DNA of 56,902 bases, taken from IMG/VR virus record IMGVR_UViG_3300042350_003263, positions 1-56,902 of that record; one strand, 5' to 3'. The position numbers were made by a program, and so were the translations under genes. The stretch comes from a virus (Duplodnaviria > Caudoviricetes). Position 1 is the first letter of the stretch. Every line of letters starts with the position of its first letter. The notes under the pieces were generated by a model. It was not told where the DNA came from. It was given only the letters and a program-made list of their open reading frames with translations, and did no database searches. Positions 31,210-41,933 of this stretch are shown here, in pieces.

Positions 31210-32217
31210 ATGAAGGGTTTTTTCACATACCCCTTAGAGAATCAAGATGATTATAAGGGGAAGATGATATTTCAAGTGGTAAATGAAGCCGCTGAAAGAA
31301 ATATCCAGATTGATTATGGGGGATTTGCTGGTTCTGTCATATCAGCCGCTGCGGAAACGGTAGCTACTGTAGCTGAAGCAGGTTTAACTGCTATCGGTAC
31401 AGGCATCGCACAAGCTACTGGTATTGGTTCTACGCCTGGATCTTTTGCTTTTAATAGAACAGGCAATGAATATAAAGGGGCTAGTAAAGAGCTTACTGCT
31501 CTTACCGATAGGAAAGTGACCCTTTATCTCCCACAAGCGATTCAGATTCAAGATGCTGCGACATATGATAACAACGTAGAGCTTGGTGCTATCGGTGGTG
31601 GCATTATGAATTCTGCTGAAAATAATAGAAATAATTTCAATATTGGTAATGCAATCTCCAGTGCAACTACGAGTATTAACAATACTATAAAAGCTCTTTC
31701 GAGAGGTGACGTAACTGCTATTTCCCAAGAACAAGCCTCTATTGCTTCTCAGATGCTTCTGAAGAATGCTGGTGCAACTGGAGCATCCGCCGGTCTTGCT
31801 CTCGGAGCTATTACCGGGGTCACAGCTAACCCGAATCTTAGAACTCTGTTTAGATCTGTTCCTATTCGTAACTTCTCTTTTACATTTACACTAATGCCAT
31901 CGAGTCAAAGAGAAGCCGAACAGATTAGATCAATCGTTCAGTTCTTCAGAGAAGAGTTATACCCAGAAGCATTATCCGTTGGCGGGATCGATTATGGATA
32001 TAAATTCCCGAATCGAATGCTGATAAAAATGATCTATAAAGATAGGGAAATACCAGGTATTAAATTCTTACCTGTGTATCTTCAAAACTTTAATGCTGTC
32101 TATAACCCAAATGGTATGGGAATGCACAAAGACGGTAATTGGTCGGAAGTACAGATTACAATGACATTCACCGAGACTAAGCCACTTGCAAAACAAGATA
32201 TCGAAAGAGGCTACTAA
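31210..32217 (+). CDS. gp48: Baseplate tail tube cap
   Basis: LYLPQ, NPN..LF..V..RNFSFTF.LMP.S..EA, FTET. Confidence 0.85.
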   Translation: MKGFFTYPLENQDDYKGKMIFQVVNEAAERNIQIDYGGFAGSVISAAAETVATVAEAGLTAIGTGIAQATGIGSTPGSFAFNRTGNEYKGASKELTALTDRKVTLYLPQAIQIQDAATYDNNVELGAIGGGIMNSAENNRNNFNIGNAISSATTSINNTIKALSRGDVTAISQEQASIASQMLLKNAGATGASAGLALGAITGVTANPNLRTLFRSVPIRNFSFTFTLMPSSQREAEQIRSIVQFFREELYPEALSVGGIDYGYKFPNRMLIKMIYKDREIPGIKFLPVYLQNFNAVYNPNGMGMHKDGNWSEVQITMTFTETKPLAKQDIERGY

Positions 32218-32954
32218 TGTCTAAATTCTTCAATAATTTTCCACTACTCGCCTATAATTTTGGTGATGAAAATAAGCCTTCTATTTTCCAAAACATCTCT
32301 GCCTATATCTCAATCATAGATGAGATAAAAGACGAAGTTTCTGCTTATAATACGATTTTCATTGATGACGATGAAAGACCAGATACACTATCATATAAGT
32401 TATACAACGATGAAAGCTATTACTGGACTTTCTTCTACTTGAATGAGGATATCCGTGAAAGCGGCTGGCCGATGAATGAATTAGAGATTTACGATAAAGC
32501 AAAATTATATTATCCAAACTACACAGTTACCACAAGAGCACCAATATATGATATCTTTTTAGAAGGTGATACCGTTCTTGGTTTATCCTCTGGTACAACT
32601 GGCGTGGTGGTAAAAAGATATCTGGATCTAGGTCAAATTGTTATTGCAAAAGATACGACTACTAGAGAATTCAGACAGACTGAATTGATTCGTGCAAATA
32701 ATAATATCGCAGACCAGGTTGCTTTAACTAGTTCTGTGGTGCAATATAATTCGGTACATCACTATGAAAACTCCTCGAAGATCTGGGTGGACATCGATCC
32801 ATTTAGTCCTAGTCTTTCGGGTCTTACCCCTATAACCTACCTCGATCGAATCCTTGCTAAGAATACCGAGTTAAGAGAAATAAAAGTCTTTACAACAGAA
32901 ACAGTTACTCAGATCCAATCTGAGTTTAATAAGCTTCTTCTGAGAGGAACCTAA
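32217..32954 (+). CDS. gp53: Baseplate wedge subunit
   Basis: FFNNFP, DERPDTLSYKLY, YYWTFF.LN, GWP, VHHYE. Confidence 0.88.
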   Translation: MSKFFNNFPLLAYNFGDENKPSIFQNISAYISIIDEIKDEVSAYNTIFIDDDERPDTLSYKLYNDESYYWTFFYLNEDIRESGWPMNELEIYDKAKLYYPNYTVTTRAPIYDIFLEGDTVLGLSSGTTGVVVKRYLDLGQIVIAKDTTTREFRQTELIRANNNIADQVALTSSVVQYNSVHHYENSSKIWVDIDPFSPSLSGLTPITYLDRILAKNTELREIKVFTTETVTQIQSEFNKLLLRGT

Positions 32955-34279
32955 TGGTTAAGCCATATCAGTCTTCTACCGATTATATCATAAAGTCCGT
33001 GGAGATAACAGGGGACAATGGCGTAGTAATTAATTGTGCCAACCTTATCGCACAGTTAGAGATTTTTGAAAATCTAGACAGACCATTCCTCACTGGCAAG
33101 ATGATGATGCGGGATGATATAAATTTCTTCGATGGGATTTACTTCAATGGAACCGAAAGATGTAAGATTCTTTTAGAGCAACCCATATCAAATGGGATTT
33201 CAGTTGAGTTAAATTTTATTCTTCGTAAGGTAGATGCTGTAAGAAAAACGAACGATCAAACAGAAGTAATGAGTATATCACTACTTGAGGAGAATGCGTT
33301 TAACTCTCAGTTAAGAAAGATTTCTAAATCTTTCAGTGGTTCACCTGATGAGATAATAGAAAAGCTTATGACCGAAATAGGTCAGTCAGTTGATATGCCA
33401 GCTATCAAGCCAGCTCAGTCCGGCTCTATTAAATACCTTGTCCCATATCTTACTGCATTCCAAGCAGCAGATACGGTAAAGAATAGAACAAGCACCGAGA
33501 ACGGATTACCATATTTTCTATTTAAAACGATGAGTAATAAGAATATCCAATTTAAGTCATTAGAAGAGATGATGACTACCCCACCATGGAATCAGAACAA
33601 GCCTTATCGATATTCGAAAGCTTTCGCCGCTCAGTCATTGAATTTGACCCAAGAAGAAGCTTCCTATATTGTAGAGCAGTTCTCCTATGCGGCAAAAGAT
33701 GATACTATGACTTTAATAGAAGCAGGCTCGGTATCAGCGGTTGTGGATATGATTGATGTTACGAGCGGGGTAAAAGAAAGATTCAGTTATAATGCTGAAG
33801 AGATGTTTCAGAAACTATATGACGCGAACGTATTAGAAGCGGGATATAATCCTGTCATTTCTTCTAGCTATAAGAATGGGGATTTAAATCTAGTCAATGC
33901 ACCAGCTAAGAATATTAGTAGAATTGTTATGAATTCTACATATAGCGATTATAAGAATCTATCCCAAGAAGAAACTGCCGGGCAATTTAAATTAGATTTT
34001 ATGAGAAGAGCTTTTAAAAATCTACTCTTTAAAAATTCTATCACAATAAGAGTTCCGGGGGTTCACTATCTACAAGGTGTGAATAGAAGTATTGGCACAC
34101 AGATCGAATTCTATTATCCTAATAACAATGCTGCAGCTCTTGAAGGTTTAGGTTCTGACAGAGACCTAAAAGATCGTAAGCGCTCTGGTAAATACGTAAT
34201 ATATAGCGCAAGACATTTATTCGTTGCAAATAAACATACTGTTGATCTTACAGCAGTTAAGTTAGGGAATGAAAAGTAA
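32954..34279 (+). CDS. Baseplate hub protein (gp27-like)
   Basis: IFENLDRPFLTG, SGKYVI..ARH; lies between gp53 and gp5. Confidence 0.72.
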   Translation: MVKPYQSSTDYIIKSVEITGDNGVVINCANLIAQLEIFENLDRPFLTGKMMMRDDINFFDGIYFNGTERCKILLEQPISNGISVELNFILRKVDAVRKTNDQTEVMSISLLEENAFNSQLRKISKSFSGSPDEIIEKLMTEIGQSVDMPAIKPAQSGSIKYLVPYLTAFQAADTVKNRTSTENGLPYFLFKTMSNKNIQFKSLEEMMTTPPWNQNKPYRYSKAFAAQSLNLTQEEASYIVEQFSYAAKDDTMTLIEAGSVSAVVDMIDVTSGVKERFSYNAEEMFQKLYDANVLEAGYNPVISSSYKNGDLNLVNAPAKNISRIVMNSTYSDYKNLSQEETAGQFKLDFMRRAFKNLLFKNSITIRVPGVHYLQGVNRSIGTQIEFYYPNNNAAALEGLGSDRDLKDRKRSGKYVIYSARHLFVANKHTVDLTAVKLGNEK

Positions 34280-35295
34280 TGGATATTATTAGTAATGAAT
34301 TCTATGGTGATACTACCAGATGGTTTATTGGAGTAGTAGAAGAAGTAGGAAATGACGAACCGAGATTAGGTAGAGTCCGTGTACGAATATATGGAATACA
34401 CAGTGGAAGAGGTGACATACCTACCGAAGACCTTCCTTATGCACACACCGTTATTCCGACGACCGAGCCCGGTGTTTCTGGCTTAGGGAGAAACCCTTAT
34501 CTTGCACCAGGTGCTACAGTTTTCGGTATTTTTCTAGATGGTAAACTTTCCCAGTTACCTTTAGTAATTGGTTCTATACCTACAATGCAAACTCCCTCTA
34601 TTAACCAGATCAATAGTCAATCTCAAGATGAACTCTTTAATAGTGTCACAAAGAGTAGTCAGGGTTTTGATATACCGGGAGTTCCTGGTTCGGGCACGGG
34701 CGGGCGTACGGGAATTAAGAGTGCTCTCGTAGAAGGATTAGACAGTTATAACTATGATCCAGATGCGCCAGCCGGGAGAAACGTACAACTTTCCTGGGAA
34801 TATTTAGTTGGACTAAATAAATATACTCCGGTGGCAGTTGCTGGTCTTATCGGAAACTTCTTAGCTGAATCAGGAAGCGGTAACCCGATTGACTTAAATA
34901 TTACTGCAGTTGGTGATATTGGTTTAAGGTCAGCAGGGGATCTATCTTTTGGTATTGCACAATGGTATAATGGAACCGATCGATACAATAATCTAGAAAA
35001 ATTTGCTGCAAGAAGAGGTAGATCAAAGGAAGATCTATTCACTCAGCTCGCATTCGTCGACTATGAATTATCTACTGTTCCTTTCTTTAGAGGTGCGGAG
35101 TTAAACAATATCCCTACCCCAACCTTAGCAGCTATACATGTAAGAAGATATTACGAAATTCCTGCTTGGGATGGTAATAAGATTAGTCCGGTCGATGGTA
35201 AACGTATGAGACTTGGAGAAGCAAAAGCAATTAATTATGCAAAGATGGTGTATAATCACTTTACCCGTAAGACTAAAGAGAGTGCTGCAGTATGA
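34279..35295 (+). CDS. gp5: gp5 N-terminal OB-fold plus phage tail lysozyme domain
   Basis: WFIGVVE...LGRVRVRIYGIH...LPYA; AGLIGNFLAES...FGIAQW. Confidence 0.85.
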   Translation: MDIISNEFYGDTTRWFIGVVEEVGNDEPRLGRVRVRIYGIHSGRGDIPTEDLPYAHTVIPTTEPGVSGLGRNPYLAPGATVFGIFLDGKLSQLPLVIGSIPTMQTPSINQINSQSQDELFNSVTKSSQGFDIPGVPGSGTGGRTGIKSALVEGLDSYNYDPDAPAGRNVQLSWEYLVGLNKYTPVAVAGLIGNFLAESGSGNPIDLNITAVGDIGLRSAGDLSFGIAQWYNGTDRYNNLEKFAARRGRSKEDLFTQLAFVDYELSTVPFFRGAELNNIPTPTLAAIHVRRYYEIPAWDGNKISPVDGKRMRLGEAKAINYAKMVYNHFTRKTKESAAV

Positions 35296-37079
35296 CAATT
35301 ATCTCAACTGAAGAGTTATCTAGACAATTAAATATTCTGAATAAGGTTACAAGTTCTTTTGAAGCGAACTCTGCGATATTAAATGTTGCTGAAGGATTTA
35401 AAAGTGCTGGACAAATGTCTCTAGGTGGAATATCAGATACTATTCCGAATCTTACAGATCAAGTAAAGAACGGTATTTCTTCGGAACTAGCTTCTCAGTT
35501 AACTGAAACCCTTGGTGGATTACCACAACTCAATTCACTCTTTTCTGGCAATTCACCAGTCTTAGCCGAGCTTGGTAAATTAAAAATGCTAGAAAATTTT
35601 GGTCCACCGAAGGGTGGTGTTCAGGCTCTTATGAAGTCTGCTGATGATCCGATTGATGAGCTCGACGCGAATTCTAGACCTGTATTAGCTAAAGTTGACG
35701 AATCTATGTCAGATCTAATACCAGATTTGAAAACAGAAATTTCTGGCGCCGATCTTGCAAATATGGATAAGATATTTTCAAATGAGAATATTACTATATC
35801 TTCCATATATGATAAAGGCACCCCGATGTTAGAGAATAATTCTGCAGTTACCAAGGATGTATATTCTGATGGATCTGTAGAAGCAATTGGTGGTGAACTG
35901 AAAAGAATCACTGGAAAAGATTTCAAACAATTAAACTCGGTCTTAAATAAATTAGGTCCAGTAGATTCTACACAGCCAATCGAAGAAATATTAGAAAAGA
36001 AAGAATCTAAACAATTTCAGAACCTAATGAAGACTAGCATTACGAAGCTTGAAACTGATTTAAATAAATCTCTGTCCCAACTAACAAGTGGTGGATCCGT
36101 AAAAGGGGTTGCTGAAAATCTTACAAATAATATTGCGACCACGCTTCGTGGACTTGGTATACCCGGTGCTGATTCACCCCAGATCAAGAACCTTATACTT
36201 GCCGGGAAAACCGAGGAAGCAATTAACGAGGTTCTGAAGAAAATACCAGTTCCTGATAGTATTGAGGAACTACTTGGTACTGTGGTAATTACGGACAGAT
36301 TCTCGTATTATTATATAGTACAAGAAGGGAAGCGTCTCGCGAGCACCCCAGAACAGATTGCGGATGTAAACGAATTCGAAAGAAAAGGTGAAGCGGTTAT
36401 AAATGCAATTACACCTGAATTGGGTAAGCTTTCTGGCACTGTAACCACTGCTACTAACCAAACCCCTTCGAATCCCAATCCTGTTAAGAATTCAAATAAA
36501 TTCCAAACTGCGCAAACGTTAAATTCTGAAGAAGAAATTGTGAAGCTTCTCCAAGCTGTAAACAGAGAAATTACTTCAATTAAGATTATCCCTGGTAAAC
36601 TTTCTTCTTCTTGGTCTTCGGCTACAGCAAGCGAATACGCTGAAGCGGTGTTCGGTACATATCAAGGAGCTTTAGCAGGTCTTGAGAATGATGGCCCAGC
36701 ACATTTCTTTATAAGATCTGATGGTACAATTGAGACTATGAGAGATTTAAACAAACCAGCTATACCATCCGGGGATTTAACTGGGAACGAATACCTAGTC
36801 GAGATAATCTATAATAATGCCGGCGGTAAAACTACTATTTCACAAAATGCTTCGCTAAAAAAGATAGTTAGTGCTTTTTACAAATATGTTCCTGTCGGCG
36901 AGGTTTATACAAGTTCAAATAATTCATTTGATGCATCTCAATGGATTAAAACGAATTTTAATAAAACCAATGTACAAGATCCTACCCAAAGTCAAAAATA
37001 TCTAAGTAAAGAAGAGTTAATTCAATTTAAGAATGAAACCTCTGAAAATACAAATAGAGAAATTAAGGATAACAATTAA
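35292..37079 (+). CDS. Baseplate-associated protein with a degenerate amidase-like C-terminus
   Basis: AHFFIRSDGTIETMR resembles the Amidase_2 core; lies between the gp5 halves. Confidence 0.6.
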   Translation: MTIISTEELSRQLNILNKVTSSFEANSAILNVAEGFKSAGQMSLGGISDTIPNLTDQVKNGISSELASQLTETLGGLPQLNSLFSGNSPVLAELGKLKMLENFGPPKGGVQALMKSADDPIDELDANSRPVLAKVDESMSDLIPDLKTEISGADLANMDKIFSNENITISSIYDKGTPMLENNSAVTKDVYSDGSVEAIGGELKRITGKDFKQLNSVLNKLGPVDSTQPIEEILEKKESKQFQNLMKTSITKLETDLNKSLSQLTSGGSVKGVAENLTNNIATTLRGLGIPGADSPQIKNLILAGKTEEAINEVLKKIPVPDSIEELLGTVVITDRFSYYYIVQEGKRLASTPEQIADVNEFERKGEAVINAITPELGKLSGTVTTATNQTPSNPNPVKNSNKFQTAQTLNSEEEIVKLLQAVNREITSIKIIPGKLSSSWSSATASEYAEAVFGTYQGALAGLENDGPAHFFIRSDGTIETMRDLNKPAIPSGDLTGNEYLVEIIYNNAGGKTTISQNASLKKIVSAFYKYVPVGEVYTSSNNSFDASQWIKTNFNKTNVQDPTQSQKYLSKEELIQFKNETSENTNREIKDNN

Positions 37080-39625
37080 TGATTGAAGATCTTGATCCAC
37101 CAGTAAATCCACCGAGTATACCAAGTGGAGGTTACGATGATCCTAGAGGCGAATACCCTACACCGAAATACTGGAATTCCCCATCTCTGAATAAAGAAGT
37201 AACTGGGGAAGAAAAAACCGCAGTCGAGGTCGGTGGTGGGGATATTGGTATTGATGCATTCGGTGAGATTGATGATGAAATCCCATCAGAATATGGTAGG
37301 ATACAAGTCCAAGAAACACCAGGTGGTCATAAGATCATTATGGATGATACACCAGGCGGGGAAAGATTAATCCTTAAACATAGAACTGGTGCAGGTATTT
37401 CTATAGCTGCAAATGGTTCTGTGAATATACGATCTACTAATAATATGGTAATATCGGTTGATGCAAATGGTGGTATTATCGTAGAGGGCAACTTAAATAT
37501 CTCCTCGAAGAATCTAAAGGTCGATGTTACAGGGGACTTGGATTTAAATATTACAGGTGATTGGAATACAACAGTTGCTGGTAATAAGAATGAAACTGTC
37601 TACGGACACCATCGTACTACAGTTAGTGGCAATATGAGTGAAACGGTTTCTGGAAGTAAATCCGAGACAGTGGTTCAATCTCAGACAAATACTATCCTTG
37701 GAACATGTACTGATGTTGTAAAAGGCGATAGAAGAAATACAACTGGTGGTAATCTATTCCAATCTACTGGTGGTAATTTCAAAGGATCCGCACAAGGTGA
37801 ATACACTGTGGCAGCTCCTAGCATGAATATGTCTGCTGCTGATATGACAATTATTGGTGCTGGTGGAACTATAGGTGGCGAGAATATTATTATGTACAAC
37901 TATAACATGTATGCTGGTCATAGTGTATATGCTGGTGATACATTTAGTGCACCTACCGGAAACATTACCAGATTAAATGGTACTTCAGCCCATTATACGA
38001 CTTTCCACGGATCTCTGAGTGGGACAGCATCAAGTGCACTCGCAGCTAACGTTGCTGCAGGTGTTGGCGGTGGCGGAGCTACTGTAACAACCTCGACCGC
38101 AACTAACGTTGCCAATGATACAAGAGCTAGCTATAAGCCAGATGCTGATTTAATGGGTAAGATTCTTTCGTATAGTACTCGTGGTATCAATGAGGTGTCT
38201 ATTGATGCGGGAGATTATATTAAGAATAAGATAGACCGTACTGCAGTCATGGGTGGCATTGCAAATCGTAAGCTAACCCCAGAAGAAGCCCGAATGAAGT
38301 TGAAAGATAATATCAACTCAAATAACGAAGACTTCATAGCTTCATTAGTGGCCGATGGATCTGTAAGTGAAACTTATTTCTCTAGCAAAGTACCGCCAGC
38401 AGTAGGAAGATCTTATTCAGGTTCGGGATCAGTGTCATTCGCTCCTGCAGGCGATTATACCTATGCATCTTCGTCTGGAGCAAACAAATATATTACTGGT
38501 ACTCGGGATTTCCTAGGATTCAGTCCAGACCCACAGTACAATCCACAGGATGCAGATCCAAGAAAAGGTGCATTATCAATCGATGGTAAAACATTAGTTG
38601 GTAACGGTATACCAATCTCAACCTTCTTAGGTTCAAAGGGTGGATCGACGAATCTTGCTCATTTAGTTACTCTAGAAGAAAGACAAGCGTTGGCAAGACA
38701 GTTACTTCTGCAAGCCGAGGTTCTTAAGATAGCTAAACAGAACCAATATCAGTTTAGAAGATTCAGAGCGGTTGTTGCAGAAGGTGTTTATAAAAAAGCT
38801 TCGGGCGAGACATTAGAATCTGAATCAGTAACTGCTTTAGCCCAGACCGGAAGAGCAATTACTTACGAATTATACGATGCTAACAACAAATCCTATAATG
38901 AAGTAACCTACGAATTTGCAGAATATCTTGCAGAATATCTAACGGGTTATGATAAGATTATACTTTCATATGACACACTAGATCCAAGAAGCAGTTCGAT
39001 GCAAAGTCAAGTAACAGTGATTATGCCAGAGGTAGATCAATACTTTAAGATTGTAGGAAAATCTAAACCAGACTTCGGTCTAAAAACAATATACAATGGT
39101 AAGAGCCTATCTGAAACCGATCTGGTAGAAGTAGATCCGTATGGTAACGTAGTTGACGAAGACCAGTTAGCAACTGCTCAAGAAGCTGCGGGGATTGTCG
39201 AGTATCAGCTCGGTGGTATTCGAAACAAGAAAGTTAAACCTGCTCTTGAAATAATCCTAGCTTCAGCTGCAAGAAGAGCAAAGATTGATAAAGTAGTAAT
39301 CACTTCTGGACTGCAACCAGGCTATTCCGGTCGTAGAACTGGTTCTACAAGACACGACACAGGTTTGGCAGCAGACCTATATCTTATCTCAAATGGATCT
39401 GTGGTAACATTAGACACCACTCGTGGTAGAGAGATTATCTCTAGCTTTATAAGAGAAGCTGTAAATCTGGGTGTAAGAGGTGGTGGAATGAGCTCAGGAT
39501 ATATGGGTAATAGAGTGATGCACCTGGATCTACTTGGACAAGATGCTGGCGGTGGAAGATATAATCCTGATGTTAAGGTTGTTTGGAAGAGTGATTCTTG
39601 GTTTAGATCAGCTTTTTATGCTTAA
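37079..39625 (+). CDS. gp5 C-terminal beta-helix protein plus M15-type peptidase domain
   Basis: ETPGGH.IIMDDTPGGERL...HRTG, V.G beta-helix repeats; ITSG...RHDTGLAAD...MHLD (LAS zinc motif). Confidence 0.8.
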   Translation: MIEDLDPPVNPPSIPSGGYDDPRGEYPTPKYWNSPSLNKEVTGEEKTAVEVGGGDIGIDAFGEIDDEIPSEYGRIQVQETPGGHKIIMDDTPGGERLILKHRTGAGISIAANGSVNIRSTNNMVISVDANGGIIVEGNLNISSKNLKVDVTGDLDLNITGDWNTTVAGNKNETVYGHHRTTVSGNMSETVSGSKSETVVQSQTNTILGTCTDVVKGDRRNTTGGNLFQSTGGNFKGSAQGEYTVAAPSMNMSAADMTIIGAGGTIGGENIIMYNYNMYAGHSVYAGDTFSAPTGNITRLNGTSAHYTTFHGSLSGTASSALAANVAAGVGGGGATVTTSTATNVANDTRASYKPDADLMGKILSYSTRGINEVSIDAGDYIKNKIDRTAVMGGIANRKLTPEEARMKLKDNINSNNEDFIASLVADGSVSETYFSSKVPPAVGRSYSGSGSVSFAPAGDYTYASSSGANKYITGTRDFLGFSPDPQYNPQDADPRKGALSIDGKTLVGNGIPISTFLGSKGGSTNLAHLVTLEERQALARQLLLQAEVLKIAKQNQYQFRRFRAVVAEGVYKKASGETLESESVTALAQTGRAITYELYDANNKSYNEVTYEFAEYLAEYLTGYDKIILSYDTLDPRSSSMQSQVTVIMPEVDQYFKIVGKSKPDFGLKTIYNGKSLSETDLVEVDPYGNVVDEDQLATAQEAAGIVEYQLGGIRNKKVKPALEIILASAARRAKIDKVVITSGLQPGYSGRRTGSTRHDTGLAADLYLISNGSVVTLDTTRGREIISSFIREAVNLGVRGGGMSSGYMGNRVMHLDLLGQDAGGGRYNPDVKVVWKSDSWFRSAFYA

Positions 39626-39639
39626 TCCATAATAATTAA

Positions 39640-39647
39640 TATAAATA
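39640..39647 (+). promoter_or_regulatory. T4-type late promoter TATAAATA
   Basis: Exact consensus upstream of gp25. Confidence 0.8.
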
Positions 39648-39665
39648 AAAGAAAAAGAGATTTTA

Positions 39666-40106
39666 ATGGCAAGAGCTTTTTCGCTAGAGGATAAGAATCT
39701 TAATACTTCCTCTATTACCACATCTAGAAATAGACTCTATAAAGATGTAGATCTGACCTTAGCTATTAAGGGTAATGGAGACGTATATAAGAAATTAGAT
39801 GCGGCGGCGGTAAAACAGTCTATTCGAAATCTCATTTTAACTAATCACGGTGATAAGCCATTCCGTTATAATTATGGTGGTAATCTTAGGGATTTACTTT
39901 TTGACCTAGCGGATGATGAAACAGAGTTTGATATAGAATCAGCTATTATATCTACAATAGAAAGATTTGAGCCAAGAGCACAAGTTATAAATGTAAATGC
40001 TAAATCAGATCCAGATAATAATTCTGTGGCAGTCACAATTGTTTTTAATATAGTAAATACAAAAGAAAAAGTTACCTTTACTACAATCCTTGCGAGGCTC
40101 AGATAA
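39666..40106 (+). CDS. gp25: Baseplate wedge subunit
   Basis: YKDVDL, AVKQSIRNLILTN.G.KPF, RFEPRA. Confidence 0.92.
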   Translation: MARAFSLEDKNLNTSSITTSRNRLYKDVDLTLAIKGNGDVYKKLDAAAVKQSIRNLILTNHGDKPFRYNYGGNLRDLLFDLADDETEFDIESAIISTIERFEPRAQVINVNAKSDPDNNSVAVTIVFNIVNTKEKVTFTTILARLR

Positions 40107-41933
40107 ATGGCTACAACTATTAAATCAACAGCTCTTGATTTTGATAACATCAAAGAAGCCTTAAAAGATTATTTTAAATCCACAGATGAATTTGCTGATT
40201 ATGATTTTGCGGCATCTGGATTAAATAACCTGATGGACGTTTTAGCTTATAACACCCATCTAAATGGATTAATAGCAAACTTTACCCTTAACGAATCTTT
40301 CCTGGGCACTGCCCAATTAAGATCATCACTTGTGTCACTCGCTACAGGTATTGGATATATCCCAGACACTAAAACAGCTTCTCGCGCGATCATCCGCGTG
40401 CGTGCGAACTTATCGGCTGTTACCTCTCGACCATCAGTTATTTCTTTACCGAAATATACTAGATTCACCGCTACTCTAGATGATGTATCCTATACATTCC
40501 AGACAATTGAAAACTATGATGCAGAAGATAATGGTTCAGGTATCTATTACTTTAAGACTGATACAGGCAGTGAAGAAATTCCTATTTACGAAGGATCTGT
40601 AAGAACAAAGACCTTCTTGGTTGGCGAATATAGTGAAAATGATGTTTATATCATACCTGACGTAAACCTTGATGCTGATACAGTAGAGGTAAACGTTTAC
40701 GAGTCTCCATCAGCTAGTGAATTTACAGCCTATCAGAATATCATTGACACAGTTTCTGTAAATGAAAATTCTACCCTTTATATTCTAAAAGAATCTCCGA
40801 ATGGTTTCTACCAGCTTTCTTTTGGTGCAAATGATATTCTCGGGCGGGCGCCTCGCGCGGGGAATGCTATTCAGGTGAAATACCTTTCAACGAAAGGTGC
40901 TGTAGCTGATGGTATTACTTCATTCACCCCACAGGATACAATAGTAGTAGACGGTTCTAATCGTAGCCTTCTTATCTCTACTATATCACCTTCAGCAGGG
41001 GGTGATGAAAAAGAAACGATTGAATCTATCCGTCGTAATGCCCCATTCCAATATGCTACCCAAAATAGAATGGTTACACCAGAAGATTATACGTCGATCA
41101 TACTTCGTAACTTCTCTACACTAATAAAAGATATAAAATCCTGGGGCGGAGAAGATAATCCTAAGCCGAAATTTGGCACAGTTTTTTCTTCCATTCTTTT
41201 TAAGGATGATGTTTCCACGGCACAAATACAATCCGTAAAAAACCAGATAGCTGATCTAGTAGATCAACTTGCTATTGTTTCATTTAATGTGGAATTTGCA
41301 GATCCGGTAGAAACCTTCGTAGAAACTTCAGTGTTCTTTCAGGTTAACCCTAGACTTACCCCTCTTTCTTTAAACACAATTAAAACAGAAGTAAGATCTG
41401 TTGTATCAAATTATTTTGATAACACCATTGGTAATTTTGATCAATCATTCAGAAGATCGAATCTTTTGACTTTGGTCGACGATGTTAGCCCAGCTGTTCT
41501 GTCTTCTCGAGCTGATGTGAAAATCCAACAAAGAATAACCCCAGTACTGAATTCCAGAAATACTTTTACATTAACCTTCCCAGCTGATCTTCGTGCACCG
41601 GATGACGAATTACCGGTAATTACTAGTAGCACATTTATTGTTAACAATACTGCAGCTATTATTCGTAATAAACTTTCTAGCACTATTTTACAGGTAGTTG
41701 CTGTTGGTACAAATGAGATTGTAGTTGATAATATAGGCTCATACGATCCGATTGCTAAATCTGTTCAAATTGTTTCTTTAAAACCAAGCGGCATTTCCGG
41801 GGCGGCAAATTATATAAAAATCTCTGCAGTTCCGGCAAACCAATCTTTTATTACTCCCACCTTAAATGATATCCTAAAATATGATGCCGAAGCTTCTTCA
41901 GTACAACCAGTAATTACAACGGCGATTAGCTAA
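40107..41933 (+). CDS. gp6: Baseplate wedge subunit
   Basis: LDFDNIK, DYDF.ASGL..LMDVLAYNTH, QNRMVT.EDY, WGGED. Confidence 0.95.
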   Translation: MATTIKSTALDFDNIKEALKDYFKSTDEFADYDFAASGLNNLMDVLAYNTHLNGLIANFTLNESFLGTAQLRSSLVSLATGIGYIPDTKTASRAIIRVRANLSAVTSRPSVISLPKYTRFTATLDDVSYTFQTIENYDAEDNGSGIYYFKTDTGSEEIPIYEGSVRTKTFLVGEYSENDVYIIPDVNLDADTVEVNVYESPSASEFTAYQNIIDTVSVNENSTLYILKESPNGFYQLSFGANDILGRAPRAGNAIQVKYLSTKGAVADGITSFTPQDTIVVDGSNRSLLISTISPSAGGDEKETIESIRRNAPFQYATQNRMVTPEDYTSIILRNFSTLIKDIKSWGGEDNPKPKFGTVFSSILFKDDVSTAQIQSVKNQIADLVDQLAIVSFNVEFADPVETFVETSVFFQVNPRLTPLSLNTIKTEVRSVVSNYFDNTIGNFDQSFRRSNLLTLVDDVSPAVLSSRADVKIQQRITPVLNSRNTFTLTFPADLRAPDDELPVITSSTFIVNNTAAIIRNKLSSTILQVVAVGTNEIVVDNIGSYDPIAKSVQIVSLKPSGISGAANYIKISAVPANQSFITPTLNDILKYDAEASSVQPVITTAIS

